From NCBI RefSeq assembly GCF_964204645.1, contig NC_134030.1, positions 18,002,210-18,066,209 on the forward strand: 64,000 bases of DNA, read 5' to 3'. The notes under the pieces are model-generated. The model ran no database searches and was not told the DNA's origin. It was given only the letters and a program-made list of their open reading frames with translations. Within the stretch, counting starts at the first letter, position 1; each line of letters begins with the position of its first letter. Below are positions 45,946 through 59,300 of this stretch, piece after piece. The translations under genes were made by a program, and so were the position numbers. Source of the stretch: Tubulanus polymorphus. Its lineage: Eukaryota > Animalia > Nemertea.

Positions 45946-48199
45946 GAAAAGCCAGATGAGATGGAATTATTTTAACGTGAACGGGAAAACAAACAAGGCT
46001 TTTAGGCCTAGCCCATATAAGGAGGTCTCAACAGATCTAATATTTCTGTTCACCAATTAACCAAGAGTTTTGAAAAAAGTTATTTTACGATTAAAACGTG
46101 GCTTAGACTCGGGAAGAGGGTTAGGCCTATTAAAAAGGTAATTACGAATACGAGCCGTGGCCCGGATTTATTTTGGTGATAGGCCTACTGCTTTAAAATA
46201 CTGTGATTTTCCCTAACTATTAGCGATATAAAGATTCTCCGTAAACAATTGTTAGCTATTACCTCTTGATTGTCGGTCTCTTCAATGCTTGCGCGGATGG
46301 AAGAAGATTATGAATGCGAAAATTTACCATACAATACGACAAAAGAATTTCTCACGGCGTGCCGGTTTCTACTTTCGCTAATGGTTTGTACTAGTTCGCA
46401 ACCGTTCGAGACCGTCAAGTACTCACCATTGTAGAGTCGAATCCCACGCGCGCTACAAATAAAATTCACGCGACTTCCGAAACGATTTAAAGTTTATTTT
46501 CGTTTTTTTAAACAAATTGAAGTCTTTAAAAGTTGATTAGACGTAACATCTGTAAAAGAAGTTGGAGTGACTCTTTATTCAATGTCATGACCCCAGCATC
46601 GGAATGGCGTCATTTTCAGACGATTGTCCAACGTCGCAAATGATGACGTATAGAGAAAAAAATTATAGAATCGCAAATTGGCACACAATCTCAATTTTAT
46701 TTAACACACAATGCAACAGTGCTTTCAAAATGTAAAATGCTCATAAATTTTGAAAAAAGGTCGATATGAGCTGGTGAATTGACGTCTAGTTGATGTTGAA
46801 ATTCCGACGTCGGTAGGGTCAGTCGGCGACGATCATCTGACGTCATTCCAACGTCGCTGTGCTAGCTGGATACGTGTTGGAGATAAGAAAGTCGATACTT
46901 TTCCACCAAAATATCCACGCACTATTAAAAACAATAAGTTAACGCAGATTGCCGCGTTGCCAAATGATTAGCTGACCTCAATATGTTACTGCCAGGCAGC
47001 AGCAGTACAAACTGTTACAAAATATAAACCTAACTACGCTGGTTGCAACAATAACATTTTCTACAGGATCTCGTGCGCTTTGAATCGAATTCACGATCTT
47101 ACAGAAAACAACGCGTTCATTTGGAAACGATAAACTATTCAACAATAGTTATAATGAAGAGCATCCTATCGACGTCATTTTCTAGTTAAGCTCTGCATTC
47201 CGATGCAGAATAGAGAAATTTTAAAGATGTCGATACTTGTAAATAAGCAATGCAGATTTATGTCTTCATTAACCGAGAAAGCTTCTGAACGTCGTACATA
47301 TACGAGATTGATTTATCATCTACACTAGCGACACCCGGTGGATATTTGCTTGCAACATGAGGAATCATCGATTGCTACAATAGCGTTGCGGCTTCCCATC
47401 GCACCCGCAGGCAAAACAATCATCGGCACAGTTTGCCGCTGTATCAGACCAACCGAAACATCAGTTAGTTCATTCTAGAACAGCAGCAAACTTTCGATAT
47501 TTTAGCGACTACGTATATCAACCAGGAAAATCAACGAATAAACAGACCGATAATCAATTGCATTGAAATGATATCCTTTATTCATTAGAATCGTCGAATT
47601 ATCGACTCATAACAGATCCCTTATTTGGAGCAACAAGTTGTCGGGTTATAGTACGATTTATAACCACATTTTGTGGTATCCATTGCCGCAACCCACCTCA
47701 TAGAATCTTACACCTCGTTTGCCGTCAGCGCACGTACACGGAAAACGCCTTTTGGTTCTATGAGAAGATAATTCTGAAAGATAGAAAAAAAAAGTATCGT
47801 TTTCATATCGATCATTGTTTTGGAAAACGGTTTTTTAACCGGGCGTTGTACGTAGCGAAATGATGGGAACAAGCGATATTAACCACACCGGCACAATATC
47901 ATATCATATCATTCAGTGACCTCGTACCCCGTACCAAGTTTAATGAAATGGGCATTATTTGATGCGTGTAGAGCGCTATAGTCACCTATGACATCCTCTG
48001 ATGATTTAATTGACGATAATGATACTTTGTTTTAGTATCATCTAGTCCATTTCACCACCACATATTTTTCTCTAAAATCACAATTTACTATTCATTCATT
48101 AGTGAATCATGCACGTCTCAGTCCTCGCGTCAGTCAGCTGTTAGCGGTCTACAAACATCGAATAACCTGCGATTTCCTTTTAAACCCGGTTTGAGTTAT

Positions 48200-50420
48200 G
48201 GATAGGTACATGATTTACTGCAGCTTTCTCGCTCATGGCCACAACGGATAACGGAGTCAGACGGATAACAGATAATACAGTAACAACTTAGGAGAATCGA
48301 CCAGTTTACGAATGGTAGAAAAGGTAACGAACATGTGAACAGAAACAGCGGCCATCGAAGCGAAAACGACCATCCAAATGTAGTGTTTAACAGCGGCCAT
48401 TGAAACGCATTGTAATCGATTACCAACGCCGACCAGGCTGGAAATGTGAAGAGTTTCAGCCAAGGCGAGAGTTACGCAGAGATTGACGGTAAGAGGTCGC
48501 AGATCGGGAATACTCAAATAGATTACGACCGTTATAAGGAGACTTACGACAGACAGACAGCTACAGGTGTACGTATACAGGAAATCAAGATCGGAAAATA
48601 ACGAACTAGCCGTTATTTTGAATTTCGAATCGTTGTGTCTTCTGCAAACCATGACTCCTGTACTAGAATACACTACTCACGCAATCGTTGATTTCAGTGG
48701 AACATTTACTCGATTTAACTATTCGAGTTTTTCCGCCGTCACTGGAAACTTGAAAAATTTTGTAATATATGAAATGCGTGTTCGACTGGGCTAGTAGCGG
48801 GCTACTACTGGTTAGGATCGTATCGTTTTCTGTACCGATGACGTCACAGCGGGTATTCTTCGTCAAACTCGTGGTCGACAAATCGTACCCGGAAACGGTC
48901 ACCCGGCTGCCATCTTTACCGAACTGACACGTGATCAACGACTCGTATTCGCGCGCGATTGATTCTATTGTGACGTCACCGAGGAATTCTTCGTGGTTGC
49001 TCAGCGTGAATTGGCGCCTGTACAACGATGAATCATTGAGTATAGATGAGATATTACCTATTTCTGTTATCTTTGATTTTTTCGCATCGCCGGAGCCACC
49101 GACGTTAAAGTACCACAATCCGTATAGAAATTTTCTCATACCTAATCGTTGCGTTTCGTTGAATGCGATAAAAATGAGAAGTGAACGCGAACTGATATCT
49201 TAGGCCATTCGTTCTCATCAAGCCGACAGACGGTGGTACCCTGTAGTCGATATCCCCGTAAACAGCCGTATCGGCGACATCAACGCGTCTCCTGGTCGAA
49301 TATTTCGTTCATTTCCGAGCAGAAACATTCTTTCGGCGCCCACGAGATGACCGGCATTCCGGCGGTTCGAAATTCAACGCCCTTCGCCAGACTGAAATCG
49401 AGTGAAATGTTCAAACCGAATGTTTTCTGACCGGTTAGTTCGTAGTTACAAACAACGGTTTCGTTTAAAACCCTGTCACCCAGTTCACATTTCATACAGT
49501 AATAATTACGTTACGTTTTCACTCGTCCGCCGACTACAGCTGATATCGGGTTAAAAACCCGTCCGCATTTAGACCTCAAGTCCCGATCGGCTGACTCGTC
49601 GCACCGTGACGTCATGGCTACGCTACAGCGCATGCACGGTAGCAGTTCCATCCGACCTCCCCTGCGATGCTCGAAGGACAAACGACAATCTTCGGGCAGC
49701 CGAACTTTCGCGGCATCGTCGCTTAGAGACGAGTTGCGCATGCTCATGATGACGTCATCAATTCTTGTGGTGTTTACGCGCTGCAGTAGGAGCCTAGCCG
49801 GTTTGTATTGTATCGTTGAACCCGTGACACATTGCGCAATACATATTCTTAAACGGGAGCCAGTCTTCGATGTAGACAGGAATCGTGGTGGCAAGATTAC
49901 TGGACGGCGATTCGCAATAGCGACGCGCGTCTAAATTCAAGTCGAAATTTATCGGGCACCGACTGATCGCTACGAAACCTCTTGACCGATACGTCTCGAC
50001 TCCGATTCCGTCTATACAGTCTGGCCATCCAGTTTGTCGCATCATCCTTTTTAGTCTCGATTCGTCCGCGTCGCTTCTGACAATGCACTTTCCAATCAGG
50101 TTGCAACAGTTGTTGAACAGTTCGCAAATAGACAAATCAGCCGAACAACCTATGACTGGACAAACACGAACTAAATCGCCATCTTTATTCGTATCCGCTG
50201 ATGCTGCTTTGTAATCGGCGATCAGTTGGTCGTTTTTGGTGCCGCCTTTTCCGGGAATATTACGTTCCGGCATCCCGCGTGAGTGACCCGATTCTGGAAA
50301 CCGGCTATTCGGCATTCCAGTATCGGGAAATCGTTGGTACGCGATATAATGGTCTGAAATAATCGATTTATATTAAGTTTTGTTTCGATAAAACACCAAG
50401 CGAATTGTGAATCAATTAAC
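48200..50420 (-). pseudogene. Intronless adhesion/Methuselah-like GPCR pseudogene with a Cys-rich ectodomain
   Basis: CSADLSICELFNNCC, SRCP..CE..IPV..FKNMYCAMCHG ectodomain, and family-2-like TM1-3 (LSVVSLLITVVIYL..LR..NLC..C..MAAVKHYIWM). Multiple frameshifts; the 7TM is incomplete. Confidence 0.75.
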
Positions 50421-51029
50421 AAACAACACAGCGTTTCATTTAAGAAACCGACACTCAGAAAACGGCCTAAAACTTCGGTGAAAGTGAAAACAGGAAGCCA
50501 AATTTTTATGGAGTCTGCATAGCCCAATAAAAAGAGGCTATGCTAAAAAACATCGATCCCAGTCGATATATCAGTGATATAACGGAGTGTGAGATATCTC
50601 AGTCGAATTCCTGATCGCCCATCGCCGACCACACGCCACAGAAAAAAAGCATTTTCTTCTGTTATATCTGGTTTCTAATCACCGGCAATTTATTTTGCAA
50701 ATCATCGAATCTTTCCAAAATACGATGGAATTTTACATATTTTTTATACAAACAAGATTAGTCGCATTACTTCTCGGAAAAGAACGCAGCGTGAACTTAT
50801 TGTATATTTGTTTTTTTCTCTTGTTTTTCTCTTGTTTTCTTTTCTCCTGATTTTATTGTTTTGCATTTCCGCGAAAAAAAATATTGATTTATTTTGTTTG
50901 AATTGAATTGACTGCTGTGGTGACGGCGGGGATGGAGGCGATTTTTTCAAAAGAGAGTTTCCGCCATTTTGTTCGCAGTGCGCACAGTTTGCTGTATTTG
51001 TAAAGAAATACACGTGGAATCACTGAATG

Positions 51030-51690
51030 TATGGTCGAGAGTGTACAGTATGGCGTCACTGTATTAGTGCCACGAGCAATCATCGCAAGATTGGGAATGA
51101 TTGCTCGAAGATTAGTATAGCACGGCCATGTACCCATGAAACAAATATCGAATGGTACCATCATTTGGCCCAACTTCATGTGCTTCATTTGGCCCATCAT
51201 GCGCTTCCTTTAAACAGTCCGAGACATTTAGGCATGAATAGAGGTACCACAGCCTGTAAACAGTCCGAGACATCATGCCGTGGTCATCCCAGAGATGGTG
51301 ACGTAGCCGCCCGAAGGACGCAATATTGCCTTGACAATGCGTTGAATGACTTCTTGGTCAATAGTGGCCGAGTTATACAGAATAATTCCAAGATAGCAGG
51401 AACTTTTTACTGGTTATAGAGCTGTACTCCAAACAAATGCTAGTGGTTCAACATGTATCTTGCCATGGGCTAGTTGGTACAATGCTTCGGTCTTTGTTGA
51501 AAATGTGAGACCAAAGCGCTTTGCTGCACGTGTTATGGAAATCTGTGACTGGAAATGGATCCGACAGATTTCCAGAATCCTAGACCCTAACCGTCATGCC
51601 ATTATGGAAGGACCAGATGAGAGAAATAAATTTATCCAGGCACCTTAACTTGTGTAGCAACCATGCGGACCTCCATGCTTAAAGATCTTT
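51030..51690 (-). pseudogene. RTE-clade LINE reverse transcriptase fragment
   Basis: Minus strand AAKRFGLTFSTKTEALYQ...CYLGIILYNSATIDQEVIQRIVKA; degraded. Confidence 0.65.
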
Positions 51691-52084
51691 GCAGGGATAT
51701 CATCAGCACCTGAAGATTTGTCTGATGATGCCTGCTAAACAGCTGTTTTGACTTCTTGAAGTGATTGTAGTAAGTAATGGGTTATGTCCCAATGAGTTAT
51801 AATGATATTTGGTATTGTACGGGTGTTTTAAACTTAGGTAATATCTAAAATTCACTAAATAATGTGGAGAAGATGGTAGAAGAAAAAATTGTTTCAAACT
51901 TGTGGGGCAAATTAAATATGCAGCTATATTTACCGAAAGAACACACAAAATGCTAAAACAAAAGATTTCGCGGACGCCATGGCAATATATCCCAACAAAT
52001 GCAGATTTTTCCGAGATATTCTGATACCGTGTAAAGTTTACTTTTATTTCCGACAGTAAGATAGATCAATTTCCGACACACATA

Positions 52085-52729
52085 TGTCACGACCGAATGG
52101 GGTCGATAAATTACTACGTGTCAAATCTATATATCTTCACTCAGCGTATCCTTGCTTTATTATGTTAGCTAGGCGTACCTTGCTCTGTTGACCGTAACGT
52201 TTACGGCATTTATAAGCCTTTACTAGCCATATATCGTGGCAATATATTATAAGCCTTTGCGAGTGTACTTCGCAGCTGCCACGAGCGCCCTTTGCCCGAT
52301 ACGTGGGCATATATTTTGTAGCTAACGCCTGCCAGTGGCTTATTGTATCTCCGGCTATACGTTCCGCGTCGATAATATCACTTTTTCCGGCTACAAGTGC
52401 CGAGGTTACTTCTCCGGCTACAAGTGCCGAGCGATTTTTCATCTTGTTTCCTACAAGTGCCGAGCGATTTTTCAGCTTGTTTCCTACAAGTGCCGAGCGA
52501 TTTTTCATCCTGTTTCCTACAAGTGCCGAGCGATTTTTCATCTTGTTCCCTGCAAGTGCCGCGATCCATTGCGGACCGCATGATTTGATGCAGCAAAGAT
52601 CATTATTGCGCCGAATATAAGTATCTGTCCGCTACTATCTGTATATAGTGTAAATAAACATATTCGTTTTCAACGTGACGAGTTTCCGTTATATGGTTTG
52701 AGGTTTCCCGGTCATGTGACCTCGTGACA
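52085..52729 (+). mobile_element. Solo LTR with 5-bp TSD and an internal 33-bp tandem repeat
   Basis: TGTCACGA...TCGTGACA termini. TSD ACATA at 52080-52084 and 52730-52734. TATAAG near 52616 and AATAAA near 52653. Confidence 0.85.
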
Positions 52730-53517
52730 ACATATATAATGTGAATTCCATAATCAAGCCTCAAAGACCATATGGTTTCTTTTTGGTAATTTGGTTACAA
52801 AACCGTAGCCATGGCAACAACGGTAACAATGAAAATTGGCCACCGGTCATTTTCGTGTTCAGGGAAGTCCACTGAACAACCCCGCATGCGGTGCCAAGCT
52901 GTAACATGCTATGCATAATAAACCAAATTTCCGAACATAAGCTCCTCTACTGATGATAAGAAGGAAACAGATAAGAATAGTAAAACTGGTACAATTTGCT
53001 GACCTTTAGATAGGAATGAAGAATGAATGCGGTCTATTGATGAAACATATGTCATATCAAACCAGGGCCTTTCATTAAACTATTAGAGGATGGAGCTAGA
53101 AATATCTGATTTGAAGAAAAACGAGGGATCTGCCAAGAAATGGAGTTTAATAGCAAATTGAAGTGAGTATACAATTTCAAGGTGGAAAGGGAATATATAC
53201 TGTCTTATTATCTTGTTTATTTGGGTTATCATCTTTAAACTTTAAACATAGCTTTTTATCTCTCGTAAAATTCAAAGTCGATGATAGCGTTTCTATATGA
53301 ACACATACATGAGACGCGTGAGAAGAGCGCGGAGTTTACTGTACATTACATTCGATTCCAATTGTTTATTTCAAGGTGACACGTTAACGCCTTGAAGATG
53401 AAGAACTGGATCTGATATGTTGACTGTATTTTCAAAATAGAATTGACCAATAAGATTTAGTCAAGGGCACATCGTGGTAGTTGTAAATATGGGGAACTTC
53501 TGTAGAGATCAGTTTTC

Positions 53518-53735
53518 ATAAATGAAGAAATCCCACACTTCGAATTTGAAATTATAAGATCAAATTTATAATTACGAAACCACAACGTTTCGGCTGTTGA
53601 CTAACAGCCATCATCAGGTGGAATGATTTGATGACCTGATGATGGCTGTTAGTCAACAGCCGAAACGTTGTGGTTTCGTAATTATAAATTTGATCGTATA
53701 ATTTCAAATTCGAAGTGTGGGATTTCTTCATTTAT
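53518..53735. mobile_element. Inverted pair of Penelope pLTRs, each with a hammerhead core
   Basis: Near-perfect arms of about 100 bp, with CTGATGA-TGGCTGTT..AACAGCC-GAAACGTT on both strands. Confidence 0.85.
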
Positions 53736-55349
53736 CTACAGTTTACACGGATTATAGTGTTTATTCGACAACTAATCAGTTCATATTCGAGAGACAAATA
53801 AAAGAACAGCATATAACGATAATCTGTAACTTTTGTTGGCCTCATTTCGTAATTTAGGATAGATAAAGATATTTCATTATATTATCATTATTAATCTCAA
53901 AAATTATCATTTTCGTGTATCTTATGCATTTATCATTTAACCATGCATTTTATGTTATATCTTCTTGTCGCAAACTGAAGACAGTGTACGTTTTACTCAA
54001 GTGATCATCGACTCAGCGTTTGTTCCTATTTTTACAATAATTTGACATCTGTTTCTGAGCAGTTGTAATAGTAATTTCTTTCAGACATGTCAAGAACGTG
54101 TCTAGTTTATGAAAGATATACATTAATATTTCAGAGTTTTGTAGGGAGTCAGAGTTAGATTTTCATCTTCTATGGATCCTCGCTTTGACTTGGAATTTCC
54201 ATACTCAATATTTGAAAAACACCAAGATTTTGTTAACCTTAAATTGGCTAGTTGATATGAACTATGGTTTCATCGGAGTTGGACTTTGTCGTCTTATTTA
54301 TCCAGGACCTGGAGCTTTAAATCGAACCGACGTACTATAGGTGGAATAGAGTGAAAAAGTAGCCAGGAGGCGAGGAAGAGAGAAAAAGTAGCCAGGGCCG
54401 CGGAGGTGAGAATTCACCCTTTCGCACCGAAGACGCCGACTTATTACAGTATACTCATCAGAGACGTAGATTCGTCAATATCATATACAATATGTCTTAA
54501 GCTTCTTAATTTCATATTTTTTTCGCGTATAACCTTCGGATCTTGAACTGGTTTCTTTGGTAATTCAAAAATGGACTTCCCATAGAAGCCTAATCCATTA
54601 GATTTCTCATACAAAAAATGTAACAGTTACGTCAGTTTGAAAGAAGTAGATAAGTTAAAGAATGCCGCGCACTGCTGACTGATATGCAACTTACGTGACA
54701 TGTGTCATCCAATCAGCAGTCTCTTTGTTTTCACATGCAAAATTTATATAACGAGATATTTAAAATTTATATATTTATATGTCTCTTATTGGGCACAGAC
54801 GACGGCATTGCGCCACACCACGTGATTGTTATTATTCAATAAGCCGCATGAACTTACGGTTGACGTATTGTATTCGAGTTGACGCCTGGCGCAGCTAACG
54901 ACGTGGCGAGAGAAAGTGAAAGAAACCAACAAGGTACTTTTTGTTAACGAAAAATGGTAATAAAAGTGACAAATTTCTGTTGATTTTTGTAGGCCTACAA
55001 TTAGGCGATATTGATCACCGATAGAAATCAGGCCTAAAAATGTGCCCTGACGACGTGGCGTGTGCGTATCACCTTGAGAGTTGACCTTGTCCCGCCTTAA
55101 ATAGAATGCCTTCTTAATATTTTTTTGGTGTATTTAGTTGTTCAGTGTGTTAAAGGACGAAATTACTATTAATAAATCCTTGTTACACCTGAAGAGAGAT
55201 TATAGGTCTATTTTACTCGTTCTTATTCTGATGCACATAATCAGTAACCATGAGACACGTTTATTAATGCACCCTTTTGGGTCGAGAACACTATGTACAT
55301 AGAAGTACATGACGTATTTACATATGTTTCAAATTATTTCATAATAAAT

Positions 55350-55981
55350 GCAGTCTCAAATGTTTTGTGACTTTCTCAAAATGTATCAAAAATTTAACTA
55401 ATTTTTAGTTCATAAGTCCTCAAATATTCATAAATGAACAGTTAAAAATTGTTGAAACATGTCGACTCTGCCGTAAAATCAACCTATTAACAGTCCGGAA
55501 TTTGGGATAATATTGGGCTTTAGAGAACATAATGCTCCCGAGGTCTTCACATTTACAGAAAAGATTACGTAAGTGATTCACGCGCAGCGCGTGATAGGCG
55601 CACAATAGAAATCTGAGCCGCGCGTTCTTTGAGTGTCACCAATTAAGAGGACCACTATTGTGAAAATTGACCTTGGGAGGAATATTGCTCCCAATGTCAA
55701 TCGATGGAAACTTGACCATGGGGTCCGATATTTTAACAATTGACTTTGGGAGGAATATTCCTCCGAATGTCAAACGAAGGAAACTGGACCTGGTCTGATA
55801 TTCGAAATATTGTCATATGATTATCCCAAATTCCGGACTGTTAATAGGTTGATTTAACGGCAGAGTCGACATGTTTCAACAATTTTTAACTGTTCATTTA
55901 TGAATATTTGAGGACTTATGAACTAAAAATTAGTTAAATTTTTGATACATTTTGAGCAAGTCACAAAACAGTTGAGACTGC
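55350..55981. mobile_element. MITE with TIRs of about 162 bp
   Basis: 55350-55511 is the reverse complement of 55820-55981. Confidence 0.85.
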
Positions 55982-56334
55982 GTTAATAGCAATAATAATG
56001 CGTATTTAGAAATACCCTTGTTTCTCATCAGCTCTTTTTTGGATAAGATTGCGCGTGAATTTGTTCAGAGAACACTAAATTGTGTATAGTTAAATCATAT
56101 CCTAAATAAGGTTCTTAATATTAGGGTGACTAATATTAATTGGCGGATAATAGAAACTACTCTACAAGAAAGAATGATATAACATATAAGATAAAATTTA
56201 TTTAGGGAATAGATTACGTAAAATAAAAACAACCGATAAAAACTGGTTGTTGAACTTAAGATAGGAATAAAGATCACGTATTTTTATGTACCAATTCTGG
56301 GCCGTTCATTTACTCTAAAGGTAACGCATTGGAG

Positions 56335-59300
56335 ATGAAGAATTGGATCTGGTTGTTATTCGATGTAATTCTACTGCTGACAATCTCGTTCAATTCAGAA
56401 GCTGTATCGGTACGAAATAAGAGAAATACTGGTGAGTTAAAATGATGAACTACTTTTTAGCGAACCTATGTTTTGCTTTTGCTATCACTAGCTGATGACG
56501 TCATGCTTCCAATGCATTTGCCTATCTAGATGGTCCTGTGATCTGATTTTTTTATCGGAGGTGTCATATAGTATCTATTTTACGATCTGAAAATGTCATA
56601 TAATTCTGAACTCGGGTTTTTGTGAAATAATCGAACATATACCAAAATCGAAGCTAATTGCCGTTCTTTTTGTATACCATGCATGAAATCAAAATAGACC
56701 CGGACTGCTAGTACTATAAAGTTTTGGGTGTTGTTCAAACATTTCCACATAATTTTCGCTGGAAAAACGTCTAGATTTTCTCCCAGGCCGGTCTAAACGC
56801 AGGGGTCCGACTCGCACCTAACTCTCTAATTACATGGCTCGACCCTAAACTATGGTCTCTTGGATAGATCCAAGAAATATGGTAGCCTATAAGGAACATT
56901 TTCAAATTTCAAGTGTGGACAGAATGGTGGATTTTAATTTCAAATTCGAATCAATCGAGATCAAGGTTAACTTTTATTTCATAATATTTCAGTCGCAATG
57001 TTGATATTTTGTTTCAACAGATCAACTTTCGGTTTCTTTGATTATATTTGTGAATGACTCCAATGCGTCTCCGTACACTAGAGACACCGAGCACTACCGC
57101 GCATTTCCTGGTTTATTCACGTATTCACACGAGTACACGGTATTTCTGCTCATTGAAAGATATTCTATGAATAATGATTGTCATTGGTCCTTGGTGCCCG
57201 AAAATGTCTACTACAGCAAGATGTTAGTACGGGACGGACAGAATATTAATCCTTCGTCTATTACGATGTGATTGCAATTCAATTCAATGCGATCTAATTT
57301 TCACCTTATTTTTATTGATCTTACTCATTGTTTTACAGATACCGGTATCCCAAGAATGAATCACCACCTCGATTCATTGCAGCAGGAATTATAGATTTTT
57401 CGAAAGGCACGTTTCAGCAAATATTCTAAGACAAAACTTCTGATATGATTACGCCAGCTGGATTTGGCCTAGCTCCTATCCTATCTTTTGATATGAAAAT
57501 TATTATCTGAAAATAAATATGATTATTTTCTAAAGCAAGAGTTGCCGTTTGATTTCGATCGCTCCTTTGAAGGTTTGAAAGGCAATGTGTATATCGATTT
57601 TCCTCTTCCCATCTTGCCACCGGCCCTAGTGCAATAGGACCAGCGTCTAATTCATTTTAGACGTCTAAACTGCCTATAAGTTAATGGTCAGGTGAGCTAC
57701 AAGACCATTGGTCTTTTATAACTGAAGCGGCCGGTTTTATAGACTGATATTAAAAACAGCACCTGATGGAGTTGTACTGGGCAGTGTAAATGTATTACCA
57801 GGTACAAGAATGTAACATATATTGTGTTTTTGATATTACAGCACCTGATGGAGTAGTACTGGACAGCGTGACTGTATTACCGGGTTCAAGAATATTACGT
57901 ATATTGTGTATTTGATATTTCAGCACCTGATGTAGTTGTACTGGACAGTGTGAATGTATTACCGGGTACAAGAATATTACGTATATTGTGTATTTGATAT
58001 TTCAGCACCTGATGGAGTTGTACTGGACAGTGTGAATGTATTACCGAGTACAAGCATATTACGTATTGTGTATTTGATATTTCAGCACCTGATGGAGTTG
58101 TACTGGACAGTGTGAATGTATTACCGGATACACGTGTATTATTGTCGCAGGATGGCAAAAATGTCAGTATTACCTGTAAACAGAGCAACTCTAAAGCGAC
58201 TGGTGTACACTTCCAGCTACGAGTGAACAGTGGAGCAGGAGGGACCTGGACTCCATTACATACGGCACCAGCATCAGTTTGGGTTTTTAAACTGGAGGCT
58301 GGTAAACAATATAAATGTGTGGCCACAAATTCAGCGGGAACGAAAGAAAGTGAAATCTACCAATCAGATGTGATCAGTGAGTATGGGCCTTTGTTTTTGA
58401 CATTACACACGTCTGTACGATCATCGCATACACTCCTGCTTAACATCATTGTTTTCAGTGTCGTCAGTCGTTGGTTTTTGGAGAGTTCCGTTCAATTTTA
58501 AGTCCACTCTGGACTTAAGTCCGAGGGCCCAGTTCCATAGTCATAGCTTAGACTTAAGATCAATTCAAGACCATCTTAGTTCTATAGCCAATCTAACAAC
58601 TTAAGACCAGTCTTAAAATTTAAGGCCATTTTTGGACTTAAGTCTCAACTGAGGAACCGGCCCCAGCAGGCTATATTTTTACTTTTTAACACAAGTTTTC
58701 AAGGGAAATTTTGAAGGCGCTTCCATCAATTACCTTGATCTTTTGTGTATTTTTTAATCCCCAAGGGGATCTATCAGCGTGACAAAATTGGATTGATCAG
58801 ACCCAAGATGACCGTCCTGTGACCTTTTTGTGCCCAAAAAGGTCAATTTTGGCCCAAATTCCGAGACCTGTAGCTTGCTACTTGTTTACCATCTTTCATT
58901 GAAATGTGTGAAGAGTAATCTATGAGGAGGGATCTGTAACATGATGGGTTCTTGCGATCTGTTCAATATCACGCAATTGGCGGCCATCTTAGTGTCATCA
59001 ATTGACAGCCTTCATTCGGTAAAAGTCATCATTTGGAAAAAGGGTTTTTTAGGAAAATAAAAGCTGGTTTTAACTTATAATCTTGATATTATTATCAGCG
59101 CTGTCATAGGATACATCTCCTCACTTGGAATTGGGGATACCCAGTTTTTGGTTCTCACCAACAATAGGGGTTGAATATTGAATCATACACAATTTGTTTA
59201 TTTATATTGGTACCTATGCATACTTTGTAATCACAATCGGTTACATAATTTTAGCTCATACATATTTGTAGTAAGTTTCAATATCATTGGTTTTTGTATA

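Noticed and set aside
52137-52620. Overlapping repetitive ORFs on both strands
   Set aside because: They arise from the 33-bp tandem repeat inside a solo LTR.
57340-57560. Additional exon of the Ig-domain gene
   Set aside because: The acceptor is good, but all three frames hit stops before a convincing donor. It may be a decayed exon.
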